From: Callorhinchus milii
Taxonomy: Eukaryota
Assembly: GCF_018977255.1 (NCBI RefSeq)
Contig: NW_024704743.1
Location: forward strand, 18,230,001 to 18,294,000
Direction of reading: 5' to 3'
DNA length: 64,000 bases
The notes below the pieces were generated by a model. The model saw only the letters and a program-made list of their open reading frames with translations. It ran no database searches and was not told the origin of the DNA. Position 1 is the stretch's first letter. Each line of letters starts with the position of its first letter. The translations under genes were made by a program, and so were the position numbers. This document shows, piece after piece, positions 24,601 through 39,600 of this stretch.

Positions 24601-27600
24601 TTAATTCTACATCTAAGTACTTTGGACTTTAAGGTCAATCAGGTCATCTCCTAGTCATGTGTTTATCTTTTTTTTGTAGTGCAGTTAATATCCATAAATG
24701 AGAAGCTTTCAAAGGTATCTTTGATAATATATCACATGTAGAATATATGCAACTCAACTAGAAAGCCTGATTTAAAGCATGATGCCCAAAGTGGTAAACT
24801 CAACATGTGTTATTTTTCATATCAATGGAATTCTCACTCTACTCTCGTTTCGCCACTTGTGCTATAAACATCCAAAGTCACATATCTGCCAATGAGGTCC
24901 TGAAACCAGCAATGAGAAGATGCAAGAAAAGATCTGGGAGGAATTATCCTTCCAATGTACTTTTCCTCTGAGCAGAACACACAAAGTCTGTATTTCAATC
25001 ATCCCTACAACATGTATGAGATCAAGAATCCAGTGGTGTGGAGATTAGCCCCACTTCATGGTGTAGCGTTCTATGCACTACAAGATGCAACCCAGCCACA
25101 ATGCAAGTTGTTGTTGTCAGCTTGTCTACTCTCCAATCTATATCCAATATTAGGCTTGAAATCTATAGCAAGTTTATTTTGTTATTTTATTTTGATTCTA
25201 ATTAAAATAATTATTGAATATTCCCCATCCCTGAAATTGTAGAAGATTTTCATGTGTACCTTCCAAGGCAAATGCTTCAAATTGTAAGATTACAAACATG
25301 TCTTTGGAAGCATCGATGAAGTATTCACAGTTCATGTTGATGTCATAATTATGAGGGTAGTTTGGTGACATGACAAGGCCACTCAGGTCAGTGAAATTGG
25401 CTCCACATCCTAAACAATTAAAAAAGAGAAAACATTATTTAAATTCAGAATTGTACAATATGGTCAGTATAGAGTTTGCCCCCAAAAAACTGGTTTGTGA
25501 GACAAGGTGGCATCCAATTTCCCCACAGCAATGACCCACAAACAACCATGAAATGAGTGACCAATTTTATTTGCTGTCCAGGATAATGGGAGAAAATCCT
25601 TTCTCTTTTTTTTTGAATAATGGGTGTGATCTTTAATGTCCACCTGAACAGTTAGGTAGTCCCGGTTTAACATCTCACCCGAAGGGAAGGACCTCCAACA
25701 ATTCAACACCTCCCAGTACTCCATTGGTGTGTCAGCTTAGACTGTACAAGTTCCAAATCCCAGTGTGGCATTTGAACTCACAGCCTTCTGGCTCAAAGGC
25801 GAGAGTGCTAATATTGAGCTATGCTGAGACACAATTTATTAAATAATTAAAGAAAAACAATTAAACATATTTGTAAAGATTTTTGGGTAGGAATCTATTT
25901 AAAGACAAAGGTACTTACGGCTTGTGAATGAAGCTGAGAAGCCTTTACCCACACTATCTGCAGACCTGAATCGGGCAGTCATAACATTGGCTGGAATGGT
26001 AACAAGGCTTGGAGGAACATCTCCACAAGCTGTAGTCAAGAGCGTTCCATCCTGTTCAGCATCACCTGCCCACACCTGTGGAAATAGATGCATGATGAAC
26101 AATATATTATTTAAAAGGAAAGTAAACCTAAGAGGAATTGTATAAGTTTTCTATGTTCTTCCCATCACCAAGCCCCGAATATCCACAGCCCTATCTTTGC
26201 CAGCCTCACTGGCTCTTGGTAACCCCCAAAAACGACTACAAAATCCTCTAACTAATTGTCATGATCTTTCTCCTTCTCTACCGCTGCAACCTCCCCAGTT
26301 CTATTCTCCTGGCCAGTATACACATTAAGACTGATTTCAAGTTGGTGTTCCAAAATTCTGCACATCTTTTAAGACGATCATCATAATAAAATGTACACTA
26401 TAATCCTTACAGTTGACATTGTGCCTTTCATGCCAGGAGGATGTTTCAAAGCACTTCACATTACCCATTGTAAAATGTAATGAATGTAATTTCAAGGCCA
26501 ATTTGGCAGCCAATTTGTACATAGATATGCCCCCAATCTCTGGAACTCCCTGCCTCAATCCTTTTGTCTTACCCCATTTTTGCCCATCTTCAAATCACAC
26601 CCAAAGACTTTTCTCTTTGACCATGCTTTCCATCACCTCCCCCTCTCTTTCAAGCTCATTGTCAAACCACACTGCTGTTAAACCCTCCAAGACGATGTGA
26701 AGGGTGCTATATAAACGCAAATTATGTTTTGGAACATCCAGCTTGCTCTTGAAAGCATCTATACTTACTTTCACATAGCTGTCCTCACAGTGACCACTAT
26801 TGTCAGGAATCAGGAAGTTGTCATCGAATGAGAGCTCAAGGTGTTTGCTCCTATGAGCTACAATTTTCCATGTGCATTCACTATTTTTGGGAAAGTCGAC
26901 TGGCCAGTTTGGTGAATCAAAGGAGCCATCATCTGCATGCAGGATCCCCCCACAACCTAAGAAAGGAAATATTTTTGATTTAGAATTGCAAAGGTTCAAA
27001 AGTGTAGATCTGGGCAAATGTGATTTCCATCTCTAAATCACAAAAATGTTTGTGCCTGTGGAGGGTGAGGGTTTGATATATTTGTCGTCTGTCTCCCCCA
27101 CCGCCCCCCGAGGGTTTGAAACTGAATTCAGTGACATATCTCACAATGCCAAGTCACAATGAACTCAGTAGCTCCTGGTTTGCAGGTGTTGCATATTAAA
27201 CATTAGCTACTGACCTGCTTAGCTATTAAAAAAGCTCATTTTGTGCTGCACATTTCAAAATGTCCAAACCATGTGCTCTTTACTGGGAATGACATTGGGT
27301 TTATGTGACCATCCATATTTAATTGCAACTCTTTGATAATACCCAACAATACATCAACATGAAATGTAATTGAATTTCCTTCCCATGAAATACAATCCTA
27401 ATACATATATCTTGTTAAATAATTTATTACTGCAGTCCTAAAAATGTTCTGATGGTAAAGCGTGACATTTTATAGTAAGGTTTGAGCTGATGAAATGGAT
27501 ATAACCATAATTAAATAATACTGTCAGGATTTCTTTGCACAAGTCTCTTTTACGTATTAAAATCTCATCTCAGAACTGCTACACTATTTATCAGTTGAAT

Positions 27601-30600
27601 TTAAGACCTATTTTCACAGTCTGGTGCCATCAAAAAGTAGCGAATGTCTTAAAACTGTTAAAACTGTTAACGATTAATAAACAATCAGATTGTGTATTAA
27701 AACTGCAGTTGGTGGGGGCATACATGGCCCTAATTAAAGTTACTATAAATTCTGAGCATCTGAAACTACTGTACTGGTTTTACTTTCTCAATCCTATTTG
27801 AAATCCTGTATGCCTCTCGAAGGTCTCCTCTCAGACTTTAATATGGAAGTGCTTTTTAAACATTCTAAACATTGCTATGGGAGCTGGGAGCTGTATGTGG
27901 GGGGAGCTGACTGCATACCAGTGGTTTTGTATTTGCTGCTGCAACTTCCTGTCCTAAGGAAGTGCTGTTATGTCCAAAGAACATTAAACCCGCTGCTGGC
28001 TTCTATACAGAAAACGATTCTCCAAATGTAATAAATTGGAGAAATGAAAAGAAAAACTGAACCAGCAAATGCTATAAAAGCAAGAGTGGCAACTAGTGTC
28101 TGTGACTGCAACTGGACTATCAAGGGAGAGAGATAGATATATAATAATAATCCTTACATTTGATAAAGCTCCTTATGTTGTCAAGACATTTTAGTGTGCT
28201 TTATATCCTAAAGTGTTGCGTATGTGGCAGGCAGTGGGTTAATGCGGCAACCAAATTGCACATTACAATGAACGCGACAGGCAATTTGCACATAGCAATA
28301 TCCCACAAACAGTCATGAAGTGAACAATGATTTTATCTGGGGAGATTGTTGACCAGGACACAAGGAGAAACTCCCATCTATTTTCAAACTGAAGCAGGCT
28401 GCAGATCTATGCAATCATTGTAAAGGCTTGTTGCCAAAGCACTGGGGAGTTTTCAAGGTACGGTCTCCTAATGAGAAAGAACAATTTCCAGGTATAAGCA
28501 TTTGAATTGATTCCGCTGTTATCTACTCTCTGAACTGATTAAATTAAAGTTTGAGGAAAACGTCTAGATGAACTGATTAAAATAAGCTAATAAGGAACTC
28601 TGGGGGCAATCGTCGGTTTTGATTGCCAACACGTCATGGACTAAAATGATAAGGTTTGTATGTTTTGTCATTAAACATCATATTTGAAAAAAATAAATTT
28701 CTGAGCTATTTATTTGATTAAAACAAATCTATCAATGAAAACCATCAGCTATTTCCAACTGGAGAATGGAAAGGAAATATAGGCCACCCCGGCAATATCA
28801 GATTATGTGCACAAGGGAATATAGGACTGGTGTATTTGCAGTTTCAGTGACCATTATCTCTGCAAGCAGCCCCCCATTAATGAGATTACTCTCACAGCAG
28901 ATGTCATGGTCTTTGCTGCTGACAGTACTTCTGAACTGTTTATTTTCCTAATGACTTTATCTCCTCGAAACCAGCTGCCAGAACAGAACACAACAGGAAG
29001 CTGCACTCACTTTATTGGGGAACGTTGCTTGAACCCAATAAACATTTATCCCTCCAGAGTGAAGCTCGAATCATGTTCAGAAATAAAGAACATATTGAAT
29101 TATATAGATCAACACGTAAATTAAAGAAAGGCAAAAATGTATAATCCTTGCATTTGATATAGTGTTGTGATAAGACACCATATTAAATTGCAAGGTTTAC
29201 ACATTATTGCCAGTGTGCCTGCAAATATAGTCATTGCACTTTACAGTAAATTACACAAAGTCATGTGCCACAAGTAGCCTTGAAGTGACTAAGAACCACA
29301 GATGCAATTGGTCACATGCAGTTTGAAAGCAGCAGAAACCCAGGGCAATATTGAATTCCAGTGTCCATATTAAATTAAAGATAAATGAATTTATAGTTTT
29401 TACAAAAGACACTACCAAACAGATTCACTTATTCAGACTGGATATCTGTAATGTAATCTCACAGTCATGGGTTACTCCCATGAGTATATCCACCATATGT
29501 TGCGAGTGTCAGTGCTTTTAGGCTAATTCCTCGCCTTTGCTAAAAGATATTAGTAATAAGCATTGACTTTTTTTTTAGAATGGTGCAGTGCCTAACACTG
29601 GATAATGTTGTCTGCTAATGATCTGCAAGATGAATGTTGAGGCTGTTTCCTGATGATTAAGTGCCCCGTGATGTGATTGCACTGGCCTCGATATCGAGCT
29701 GGGAGTTGGTGCAGGTTACACAGCACATGTTGAACCAAGGCTGAACTTCCCTCAGAATCAAAGCTTTCAGAATTAATTGCTCCTTCTTCCCACAATCTCT
29801 TCACTTGTTGATCTTGCTCTCAGTATCACATAATCAACTGATTGGGCATATGGTAAAGAATATTATAATAATCCTTGCATTTGTGTTTCACATTGGGACA
29901 AGGTCGCAAAGCACTTCAGATTTACACTATAATGCAGTGACTATATATTTTATAGGCAAAACACAGCAGCCAATTTGCACACAGCAATGTCCCACAAACA
30001 ACCATGAGGTGAATGACGAATTTTATCTGATAGATTGTTGACCAGATGACCAGAAAGAAAGAAATTCCTTTCTGTTTTTGAAGAGGGCCACTTCAACAAG
30101 CTGACAAGACCTTGGGTTAATGTCATCTGAAGGTTGAACCTCAAAGAATGAAGCACACTCTCAGCACTGCACTGTAGTGTCAACCTGGACTGTGTTCGTA
30201 GATTGTCATTGCCTTTGTACAAAATAGGGCTGTGACTCTCTTTTGTGTGCACTTTTTGTTAGGAGCAGAGCTTGTAAATTCAATGATTGGAACACATACA
30301 AAAAGAATCACTTTCACCAATTCTTCAGCTAAAGTCTTTTTCCTCATACCTGCTGAATCGGAGGTCCATGTGGCATCAAATCCCTTGTGTGGCACAGTGT
30401 TGTTAGAGTTAAAGATCACCAAGAGTCTGTTTGAGCCAGATTTTATGGTTCCTGGTGAGTTGGTCCCACAGTACTGGCCTATTATTGGGGAGCTGGAGGA
30501 GCCGCCATTCTTGATTGTAACAGAGTCCACGGTACAAGCAGAGTGAGGCTCCAACTCAAAGACTGTGAAGCTGAGCTATTAATGCCAAAGGACAGATAAA

Positions 30601-33600
30601 GTCAAAAGGTTACAATAATAATACTTAATAATAATAATCCCTGCATTTGATATAGCGCCTTATCATGTCTTTGAGATGTCACAAAGTGCTTCATAGAATA
30701 TACTGTAAAGTGAACTAACTGTATATTTTGTGGGCAAACACGGCAGCCAATTGCTCACAGTAGTGTCCCATAAACAGTCGTGGATTGAGTGAACAATTCA
30801 TTATCTTTTTTTAAGGAATTATTATTTACGGAAAAAACGATTCGCCAATCGATTAACAATCGGGTTCCTACATACTGCTAGGTAAACAGAGGCACGTGGA
30901 GTAAAGAAACTTGCTCAACATTTTGCCTTGCTGTGAACTGAACCCAGGTCTTTCGCTTGCGAGGCAAGTGCTCAAACCACTGAGCTACAGGACTCCATGG
31001 TTATAGCATAGAATGGAAATAAAACAATACAGAGATCCCACAGCATGAAACGTAACAGTCAACTGGAAAACACCACAAATTATGAACTTGGAAATGTTAT
31101 CATAAAGTATTTTCCACACTACCGCTTCAGTGTGTTAAAACAATTACAATGTAATCCTTGCATTTGATATAACGCCTTATCATGTAAGACGTCTGAAAGC
31201 ACGCCACAGGATTTTACTCCAAGTACTGTAGTAACTCTGTATATGTAGGCAAACGTGGCAGGCAGTTTGAACACTGCAACATCCTACAAACAGCCATGAA
31301 GTGAATAACCAATTTTATTTGGGAGAATGTTGGCCAGGACACTGGGAGAAACTCCCTTCTCTTTTCAGATATGACCATGGGGACTGAGGAACTATTGGCA
31401 AGGACAATTCAGCACTGATGAACTGCGATTATTAGTCAAACTTCAAAAACTATGAGAACTGATCTAGAGTCTCTGTATCAGACTTGGGTTTAATCGGGAC
31501 TTGGTTTCTGTAATTTCTATAACAGATAAAATATAATTAAGTTAAACTGAAGATTTATATTTTCACTCTTTTTCCTTCACCTACATCCTCCCGTTGCCCC
31601 CTCCCCACTTCATTTTTCACCTCTTTTCTCCCACCTTTGCTCATTGACAGTAGAACATGCCAGGTTCAGCTAAGGTGCAGCCAGTTTCAAGGTCACAGCT
31701 CCCAAATTCTGCCCCAAATAAGCAATTTACAATGAATGGAGCTAAAAGTGGAATATGATCATATCAACTGTAATAATAATCACATGGGTCTTGATTCCAC
31801 AACCACAGTACAGTAATTATAAAATAAACGTGTGTGTGTGCATATACAGACACATGCATAGGGAGACTGTATAAATCATCTATTTACAGATCATCATGGA
31901 AAAGAAGTGATCTATGATCCACTGAAGCTCAAACCTCTAAACAGAAACATGATAAATGAAACATATTTAACCAGGCAACTTAAAATCAAGGCTAAATTCT
32001 TCTGTTTAAAATCTGGTTTTGTTTCAAATAAAACATACTCACAGATATTGTGTGTCCTTCTGGGGCCTCCAGGAGCCATGCACAATGGGTCGAAGCAGTG
32101 TATGGGGATGGGAAGTTGGGGCTCGAAATCCTACCAGTACTTCCGGTCTGAATGCCTCCACATTCTGAAAGGTAGTGAGAAACCAAACTGAAACCAACAG
32201 ATCAAAGGTTTTAAAGAGATATGACAGCTTCCTAAAACGTTGGTTGACAAAAACATTTTCCATTTGTTTACGAACTCAGCACAATGATCCAAGTCATGTC
32301 CAAGTACATCCCTTAGTTTTTATTCCAACCTTCTCCTCAACTGCTCACGTGACAAGCCCAAGTTAATGCTTCTTGGTTACCTATTCACTTCAATCACAGC
32401 ACCCCCTACTTTTACTCACCTGATATCAGCTAACTCAGCATAGACTGGGGAATTAGACCAGGTTTATAAGTGTCAGTTCCGTGCTGGATGGACAGTACTG
32501 TTGCCAACAGAAGCAACGGGAGAAACCATGCTTTTAAGGTTACTGTATAATTTGTTTCTGTTCCCACAAGTATATGTTCAGAAGAATAAAATAGAAATTG
32601 TCTTACTGTATAAATATATATTGGGATCTGATTTGTGATATTCGCACACCAGATTTGTGGTGCTAATTCTAACTACCAGTCTGTGAGCACAGGATTGTGA
32701 ACTTAGTCATTAGAATTTTTGATGTGTAAAACACAGCACAGGGATATATCCATCTGAAGAAAAAGAATACAAATGTGACAGCCTTTTAACAATAACATGT
32801 GGCTTTATGCAGTGGTGAAACGTTTAAGAATTCAATTATCATTTCTTAGTGGTTACAATAAAATAGGTTCTATTTTAAAATGGAGAATAGAATGATGTTG
32901 AACTACAAACCCGTAAATCTGTATTTGGCATTGAAACCGATATCTTCCACCGATGGGTTGGACATGAAATGTACCCAGACCTGGGAGTTGGCGATCACCA
33001 ATGAAAGTCCAGGGGTTAGCTCCCCACACAGCTGGACTAAGAGCTCCCCGGCAGAATTTTCTGAGACATGAACAAAAAAGAAGTTTCTTTTAAAATCTCC
33101 TTTAAAATTGACAAAAATCACAACATAAAATACTTGATATAGCACCTTTCATGTCAGTGGATGTCACGATTTACTGTGAAGTGTAGCGATTGTGTATTTG
33201 TAGGCAAACGCAGCAGCCTGATTATGGACAGCATGGTCCCATAAACGGCCTTGAAATAAATTTTATTTGTGGGATTGTTGGCAAGGACATCCGGAGAAAC
33301 TCTCTTCTCGAGTATATTTAACATCCACTTAAGCAGGCAGACGGGTCCTTGGTTTAACATTTCATTCAAAGGACGGCACCTCCAGTAATGCAACACATTC
33401 TTAGCTCTACCTTAGCGTGTTAACTTATACTATGTGAGTTCAAGTCCTGAGGTGGGACTTGAACTCACAACCTTCTGACTCAGTGATTTGTAATCACGCT
33501 GCCTGTCTGATTGCTAAAAATGTATTGCTTTTACTCCTCTTCTCCTCAATGTGTTTAATCCCATTTTCCTTCCACTGAGGCTCAGTTCAACAGACATTTG

Positions 33601-36600
33601 TTGTCTAAGTGGGATTACTCATGTGTGAGCCTTGACAGTGAGTGTTGCCTGCTGTTTCACTATCAGCTTGGGGGGTGGGAGGGGACATCACAGCTGAGCT
33701 ACAGCTTGTCCGCATGACCTCCACACAATGCTCTTTGAGAAAAAGATGCTGTGTGTTGTACAAGAGCAGGAAGCCTGTTTGTTTCCCCTCACAAATCTAG
33801 GGCATTCCTGCTAATTGTAGTGTCGCACTGACTGATACACAGACATCTGTAGCGCAGTCACAGTCAACGAGTACGAGACTGAGCCATACCCATCAGGTCG
33901 AGAGTAAGGCAGGGCTGTCCCCTATCCCCCACCCTGTTTGTCTGCTGCATCGAACCCTTTGCACAGGAGGCCATCAGGAGGGACGAGAGCACCAAAGGCG
34001 TCACCATCCTGCGCAGCCATGGCACACAAGCCAAGGTCTCTCTGTATATGGATGAAGTCACCGTCTTTTGCACTCACCAAAAATCAGTCTCGAGCCTGCT
34101 AGGCATTTGTGACCGGTTTGAAGAAGCCTTGGGAACCAAGGTCAACCATCAGAAAAGCGAGGTGATGCATCTTGGAGACTGGAAAGAACGCAATCGCAAA
34201 GCTTTTGCGGTTTCGGCATCTGGTTCGGGGCTGCCGGTAGGTGCTAAAAAAGCTAGGAGGAGCGTCTAGGTTTAGTGAGAAAGAAACTGGTGATGTGGTG
34301 CCAGCGCTCGCTGTCCATCACTAGGAAAAACCTGGTGATAAAGTGTGAGGCCCTCTCGATGTTACTGTACGTGGCCCAGGTCTGATCTTTGACCAGGAAC
34401 AATGCCACTGCAATCACCGGATAGGTCTTCCAACTGATCTGGGGGTCCAAGATGGATCGTGTCCACAGAAACACGATGAACAAAACCCTGGAAAAGGGCA
34501 GGGAAAGGGGTCCCTAATGTAGCCCTGATCCTCATGGCTACCTTTGTGTGCAGCTGCCTGAGGCTGTGTTGGAGCCATTCTATGCCAGCAACAAATGCCA
34601 CCATGTGCTGGGTTTCCTACCTGTACCTGGTGCTGAGAAAGATGGGTCTGGCAGAACTGCCTCGAAACATTCCGCACAGTTGGAGCGTGCCAAAACACCT
34701 ATCCTAGGTAGAGAAATTCCTGAAGAACACCATCCCAAACCCCCGCCCAATCACCGAGTGGTCTGCGCGACAGGTAGTTTAAACAGTTCAAAAGGGGGAG
34801 AGAGCAGACCCGATCGGGAGGTACCCTGTGGCGACAGCCAGCTACGTCTGGCAAAATGCCCTGACCAACAACCATCAGGACATCGCCTGGTTGGCGATAA
34901 ATGGAGTCCTCCCCTTCAGGGCTTTCATGCATGGTCGAGGTCCGGGCCAGTCAGCACTTTGCCCTTGGTTCTGTAGACCCGCTGTCACGCCACTCGGTGC
35001 TGCATGGCCTCTTCCCGGGCACTCCAGAAAAAACCCACATTGAGTGTGCCTGGAGGATCATAAACTCGGTAAAGGACGCCCTTTGGCTCCTGAAACCAAG
35101 TGTTCTTCTGGCAGAACGAGGGGACAGTGAGAGCCTGCCTCAGGCTCGCCCACACTAGGATCAGGGACTATACACTGAGGGACAAGCTGAAGTTCGGGTC
35201 AACCGCAGCAAAGGCCAGATGGGGCCTGACCCCTGCAGGAGCCACTACTGCACAACCCACTCAGGGAGCACCCACCGGGGAGCCCACGAGTGCATCCAAA
35301 ACTGACTGAAGTAAGGGTACAGAAGGACACTCGAGATGTAACCAAAGAGCGTCCTGAAAATGTACGTACAGTAAACATGTTTGCATACGGTGCACCTCGG
35401 GGGCGCCTTCCGAAAGCAGCAAGTGCGCCTTATCAGGGTGTGTGCTGGGGGGCACATGGATGTGGTGTACACAGGGGCTTCTCCCAACTGTGCCAAAGGG
35501 AGCATCCCATAAACATATGCACCACCTGTGTACGATGAAGGAGCGTACCGGGAGCACAGGAAAGAATTGTAACAAGATACTGTGTTGTTTTGGATTTCTG
35601 TTGTACTGAATATTATACTTATAAATATATTTTCATGAAAAAAAGCACCGACTAATTTCAGCTGATTCAGAACATGAACTGAACATGGGAATTTCCCTGT
35701 ATGTGGAGTCCTGTAACTTAGTAGAGCACTCGCTTCGTAAGGACCTGGGTTCGATTTCCGGCATGGCGAAATGTTGGGCAAGTTTCCTTATTCTACATGC
35801 CTCTGTTTACCTAGCAATAAGTAGGAACCCAGTTGTTAGTTCATTGGTGGATTACTTTTCCAAGCATAATAATCCCTTCAAGTAATGAACAATTTGGTCC
35901 TCAATCCACGACTATTTGTGGGACACTGCTGCGTGCAATTGGCTGTTGCGTTTCATCCACAAAATTACTTTACAGCAAATGCTGTGAAGTGCTTTGAGAT
36001 GTCTCGAAGACGTGATAATGAATTTGCTGAGCCATTAGGGAACTGAGGATATCAAATACATTGATAACTTACTTAATTTCCATTCAGGATGGTCAATTTA
36101 CCCATTAAATAAACTGTGAAGTTCATTTTCTAAGAATAATGTACTGGCACACACATCAGACAATTTGTCTTTTTAAACATCATGATGCAGATACAAGTTA
36201 TATCAATACATAAACACATTTCAGAGACACAACAGATTGTTACTGAGTGGTTACTGAGCAGTTTGAGTCAAAAAACTATAAAATATCTTGAATCATTGCT
36301 TTTAAAGATTGAAATATTGATTAAGGATCTCACATCATCAATGAATAACACTGACTTTCAGTAATTTCAATTCTCTGGAGACTTAATCTCAAAAGTCATC
36401 ATTTACCTGTTCAGTGGAACTTATCTCTTTAATTCATTAAGTTGTGTTTTAATACTTTAGAATCCAATACTTGAAGAAGAAAAATATTTTGGTCCATTGT
36501 ATCTTGCAAATGCTACCTGACCATAATTATGTGCTCCAATCCTATTCCTCTGCTCTTTTCCCACACTCTAATATTTTTCTCAAACATTAATCTATTTCCC

Positions 36601-39600
36601 TTTTAAATGTGATTATGGGCTCAACTTCACCCGATGCTTGTGTTAAAGTATTCCACATTCTAACTTCCTTTTAATATTGTCAACCTTAGTTCACTGACCG
36701 GATCGGATTGCAACGTGATCCTGCTCACAGAGAGTGTGGTGTTCCAAGTGGAAGTTGATGAACTCGATGTAGATAGATGAACCGGTGGAGGAGGGGTTCT
36801 GGATGAGCCACTCACAGTTAAGATTACTCATGTAGTCCAATTTGCCATTATAGCCTGGTGAAGTGAAGGTCCCTTCATTTGGATCGCCCAATGTACCTCC
36901 ACACACTGATTAAAAACATAAAAGATAAAACCGCTCAGGTTCAGAAATAGCTTTATAGTAATCCAGTTACTTCATTGGTTGTTCATTGGAGTATTTGGTC
37001 ATCCGACACAAGCTGAACTAAAAGTCCATTGATACGAAAATGTAGATTAGTCAACATTGGAAAGAAAATAGAGGGGTGAAAATTGTGACATTTGTTAATG
37101 GATTCAATGGGATGTATTGAACCTTTTATGAAATATCGTAAATTGTTCTGACATCCCCAATATCCAAAATGGCAACAATTCCTTTTCAAGGAGTCAACAG
37201 GAATATTGCAGTGCATGGAATTTGTAATAGAAGTGTTTAGTACTATGGCCTTTTTAATAATGAGAATTAAGTATCATTTCATACAATTCAATACAATAAT
37301 TTCTCACAAATATCTCCCAATAGATTTTCTTTAATACCATGGGACATATTTTCATATTTATTTCAGATCTTCCGAATTCATTTTTTAAAAAATACATCTG
37401 CACTAAAATTCCATTGCTTAATTGGTTGAAATGGATTTTCCTCTCACTCCCACCCAGTCACCTGCGGGGTAACCCAAGGCTCCACTCTTGGCCCACTTCT
37501 TTATCTTATCTACATTCTCCCTCTCGGCGATGTCATCTGCAGACATGTGGTCAACTTCCATGTGTATGCGGATGACACCCAAATCTACTTCTCTTTCTCC
37601 AGCTGCGACTCCCAATCTGCTGATGTCCTGTCAGCTTGTTTGATGGCCATCAAGGCCTGGAAGAGTGCAAAATTCCTGCAGCTGAATGTCGGCAAGACGG
37701 AAGCCATACTCTTTGGTTCTTGCCAACGTCTTCTCTCCTGCGGGTCTGAACTCCTCAACCTCCCTGGCCTCTCCTTCAGGCTCTCTGAACCCGTGTGCAA
37801 CTTAGGCGTCAGGTTCCATTCCCCGCTTTCTTTTCTACCACATATCCATTCCTTGACCAGGGCTGTTTTTTTCCACTTCTGCCATATTGCTCCATCCGTA
37901 CCTCACAACTGACACAGCTGAAACTCTCGTCTAAGCCATTGTCACTTCCCGACTGCACTATTCCAATGCCCTCCTCACTGGTCTCCCCAGCTGCACCATT
38001 CACAACATCAAATTAATTCAAAACTCCGCCTCTCGGATACTCATCCGTACAAAACTCCACACCCCCATCACACCAGTTCTTGCCAGCTTCACCGGCTTCT
38101 AATCACCGAACGGAACAATTTCAAGATCATCTCACTCGTTTTCAAATCATTTCATTCCTTTGCATCTCCCTACCTATCTGACCTGCTTGTCCCCCACTCC
38201 ACCACCCATTGCCTCCGCTCGGCTGACTCCGGCCTCCTCCTCGTGCCCTCTGTTCCACCATCGGTAGCCGTGCCTTCAGCTGCTTTGTCCGAAATTCTGG
38301 AACTCTCTCCCTCAATCCCTGTGCCTTGCCCCCTCCCTCCCCACCTTCAAGTCCCGCCTAAAGACCTTCCTTTTTAATCGTGCTTACGGTCACCTCCCCC
38401 CTTCCCCGACTCGTTCGTCAGACTCCGCCACTGTGAAGCGCTCTGAGACTCTACCCGGAAAAGTGCTATATAAATGGGAGTTGCAACATTTAACAGAAAT
38501 CCTTTTGATGCTGTTGGTTAACCTGCTTCAGAGCATAAAGTTAAGGGATCAAATCCACTTGAATAAGATTTAAGAACAACAGTAAAAGGGTTTATAAATA
38601 CAGTAAAAGAAAGGAAGAGTTGGGTGATTGAAGCAGGTCTCCAAGTATGAGAGTAGTAGTGGATAAGAATGTGGCAGAACTGTCAAATTAATATTTGGGT
38701 TTTTGATACTAAGGCACAGTACGCTGTACATTAGAGGCTAATGAAGCAAAATAAAGGAGATTAATATAAACAAGAACATCTTAATGATTGAACTAATGAA
38801 GCTGCAAAGGCAAATCTCCAGTTTTTCATTGTTTCCACCCCCAGGTATCAAAAAAAATTATGAAGAAATTGTAGGGGATATAACTGGATTGAGTTAAATT
38901 ATTGGCTTGCCAAGCAGCACTGAAACTCCAAGCTCAGTGGCTGGCAACATTGGCACTACAGCAACAACTGTGGCTAACACTGACAGACACAATAAAAATA
39001 GTTAGAGGCAATGTAACATAGCTTGATCCAAATCAAGGGTGTGTTAGTAAGCTTCTTTATTTGTCAATCTAATCACTCATAAATCACTCATAAATCCACC
39101 ACTCTTTGTCCCACTCCCACTGTCCTTTTATACTTCCTGCTCTTCTTCTTATTGGTCCTTTTATTCATTGTCAATTTAACTTTAAAGGAATATCCATCAG
39201 ATATGACAAGATTGGTTTGGATGAAGAAGGATCTTAGCCCACCCAATCTCATCCTTTCAGAACACCCAAACCTACCTTCCCTCCATCACTGCATCAAACT
39301 GCTCTATTAAATGAATCCAGTGTCCTGGCCTCATCAGTCAATGAAACTTTGAGAACAATATATGTTCTCACTTTAGTTTTCAAGCAAACCAAGTGCCAGT
39401 GTCCCTAGAAACCTACTCATTATATAACTTTGGAACAAACAAACCTTGCAGTTAGTGGTCATTCGAGGACATGCATTGATCAGGTAAGTGATTCCAAATA
39501 GAGCCAGGGGTTGGTTTTCATGTCAAGAAGGAAAAATTACATTAAAGTGATAAGTCTTGTGATTTTATGAGTGTCCCTCTCTAAGGTCAAGTGGCCTGAC

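Noticed and set aside
35245..35781. 178-aa minus-strand ORF, the longest in the track
   Set aside because: It runs antisense through a SINE head and the L1/Tx1 3' UTR, with no recognisable domain.
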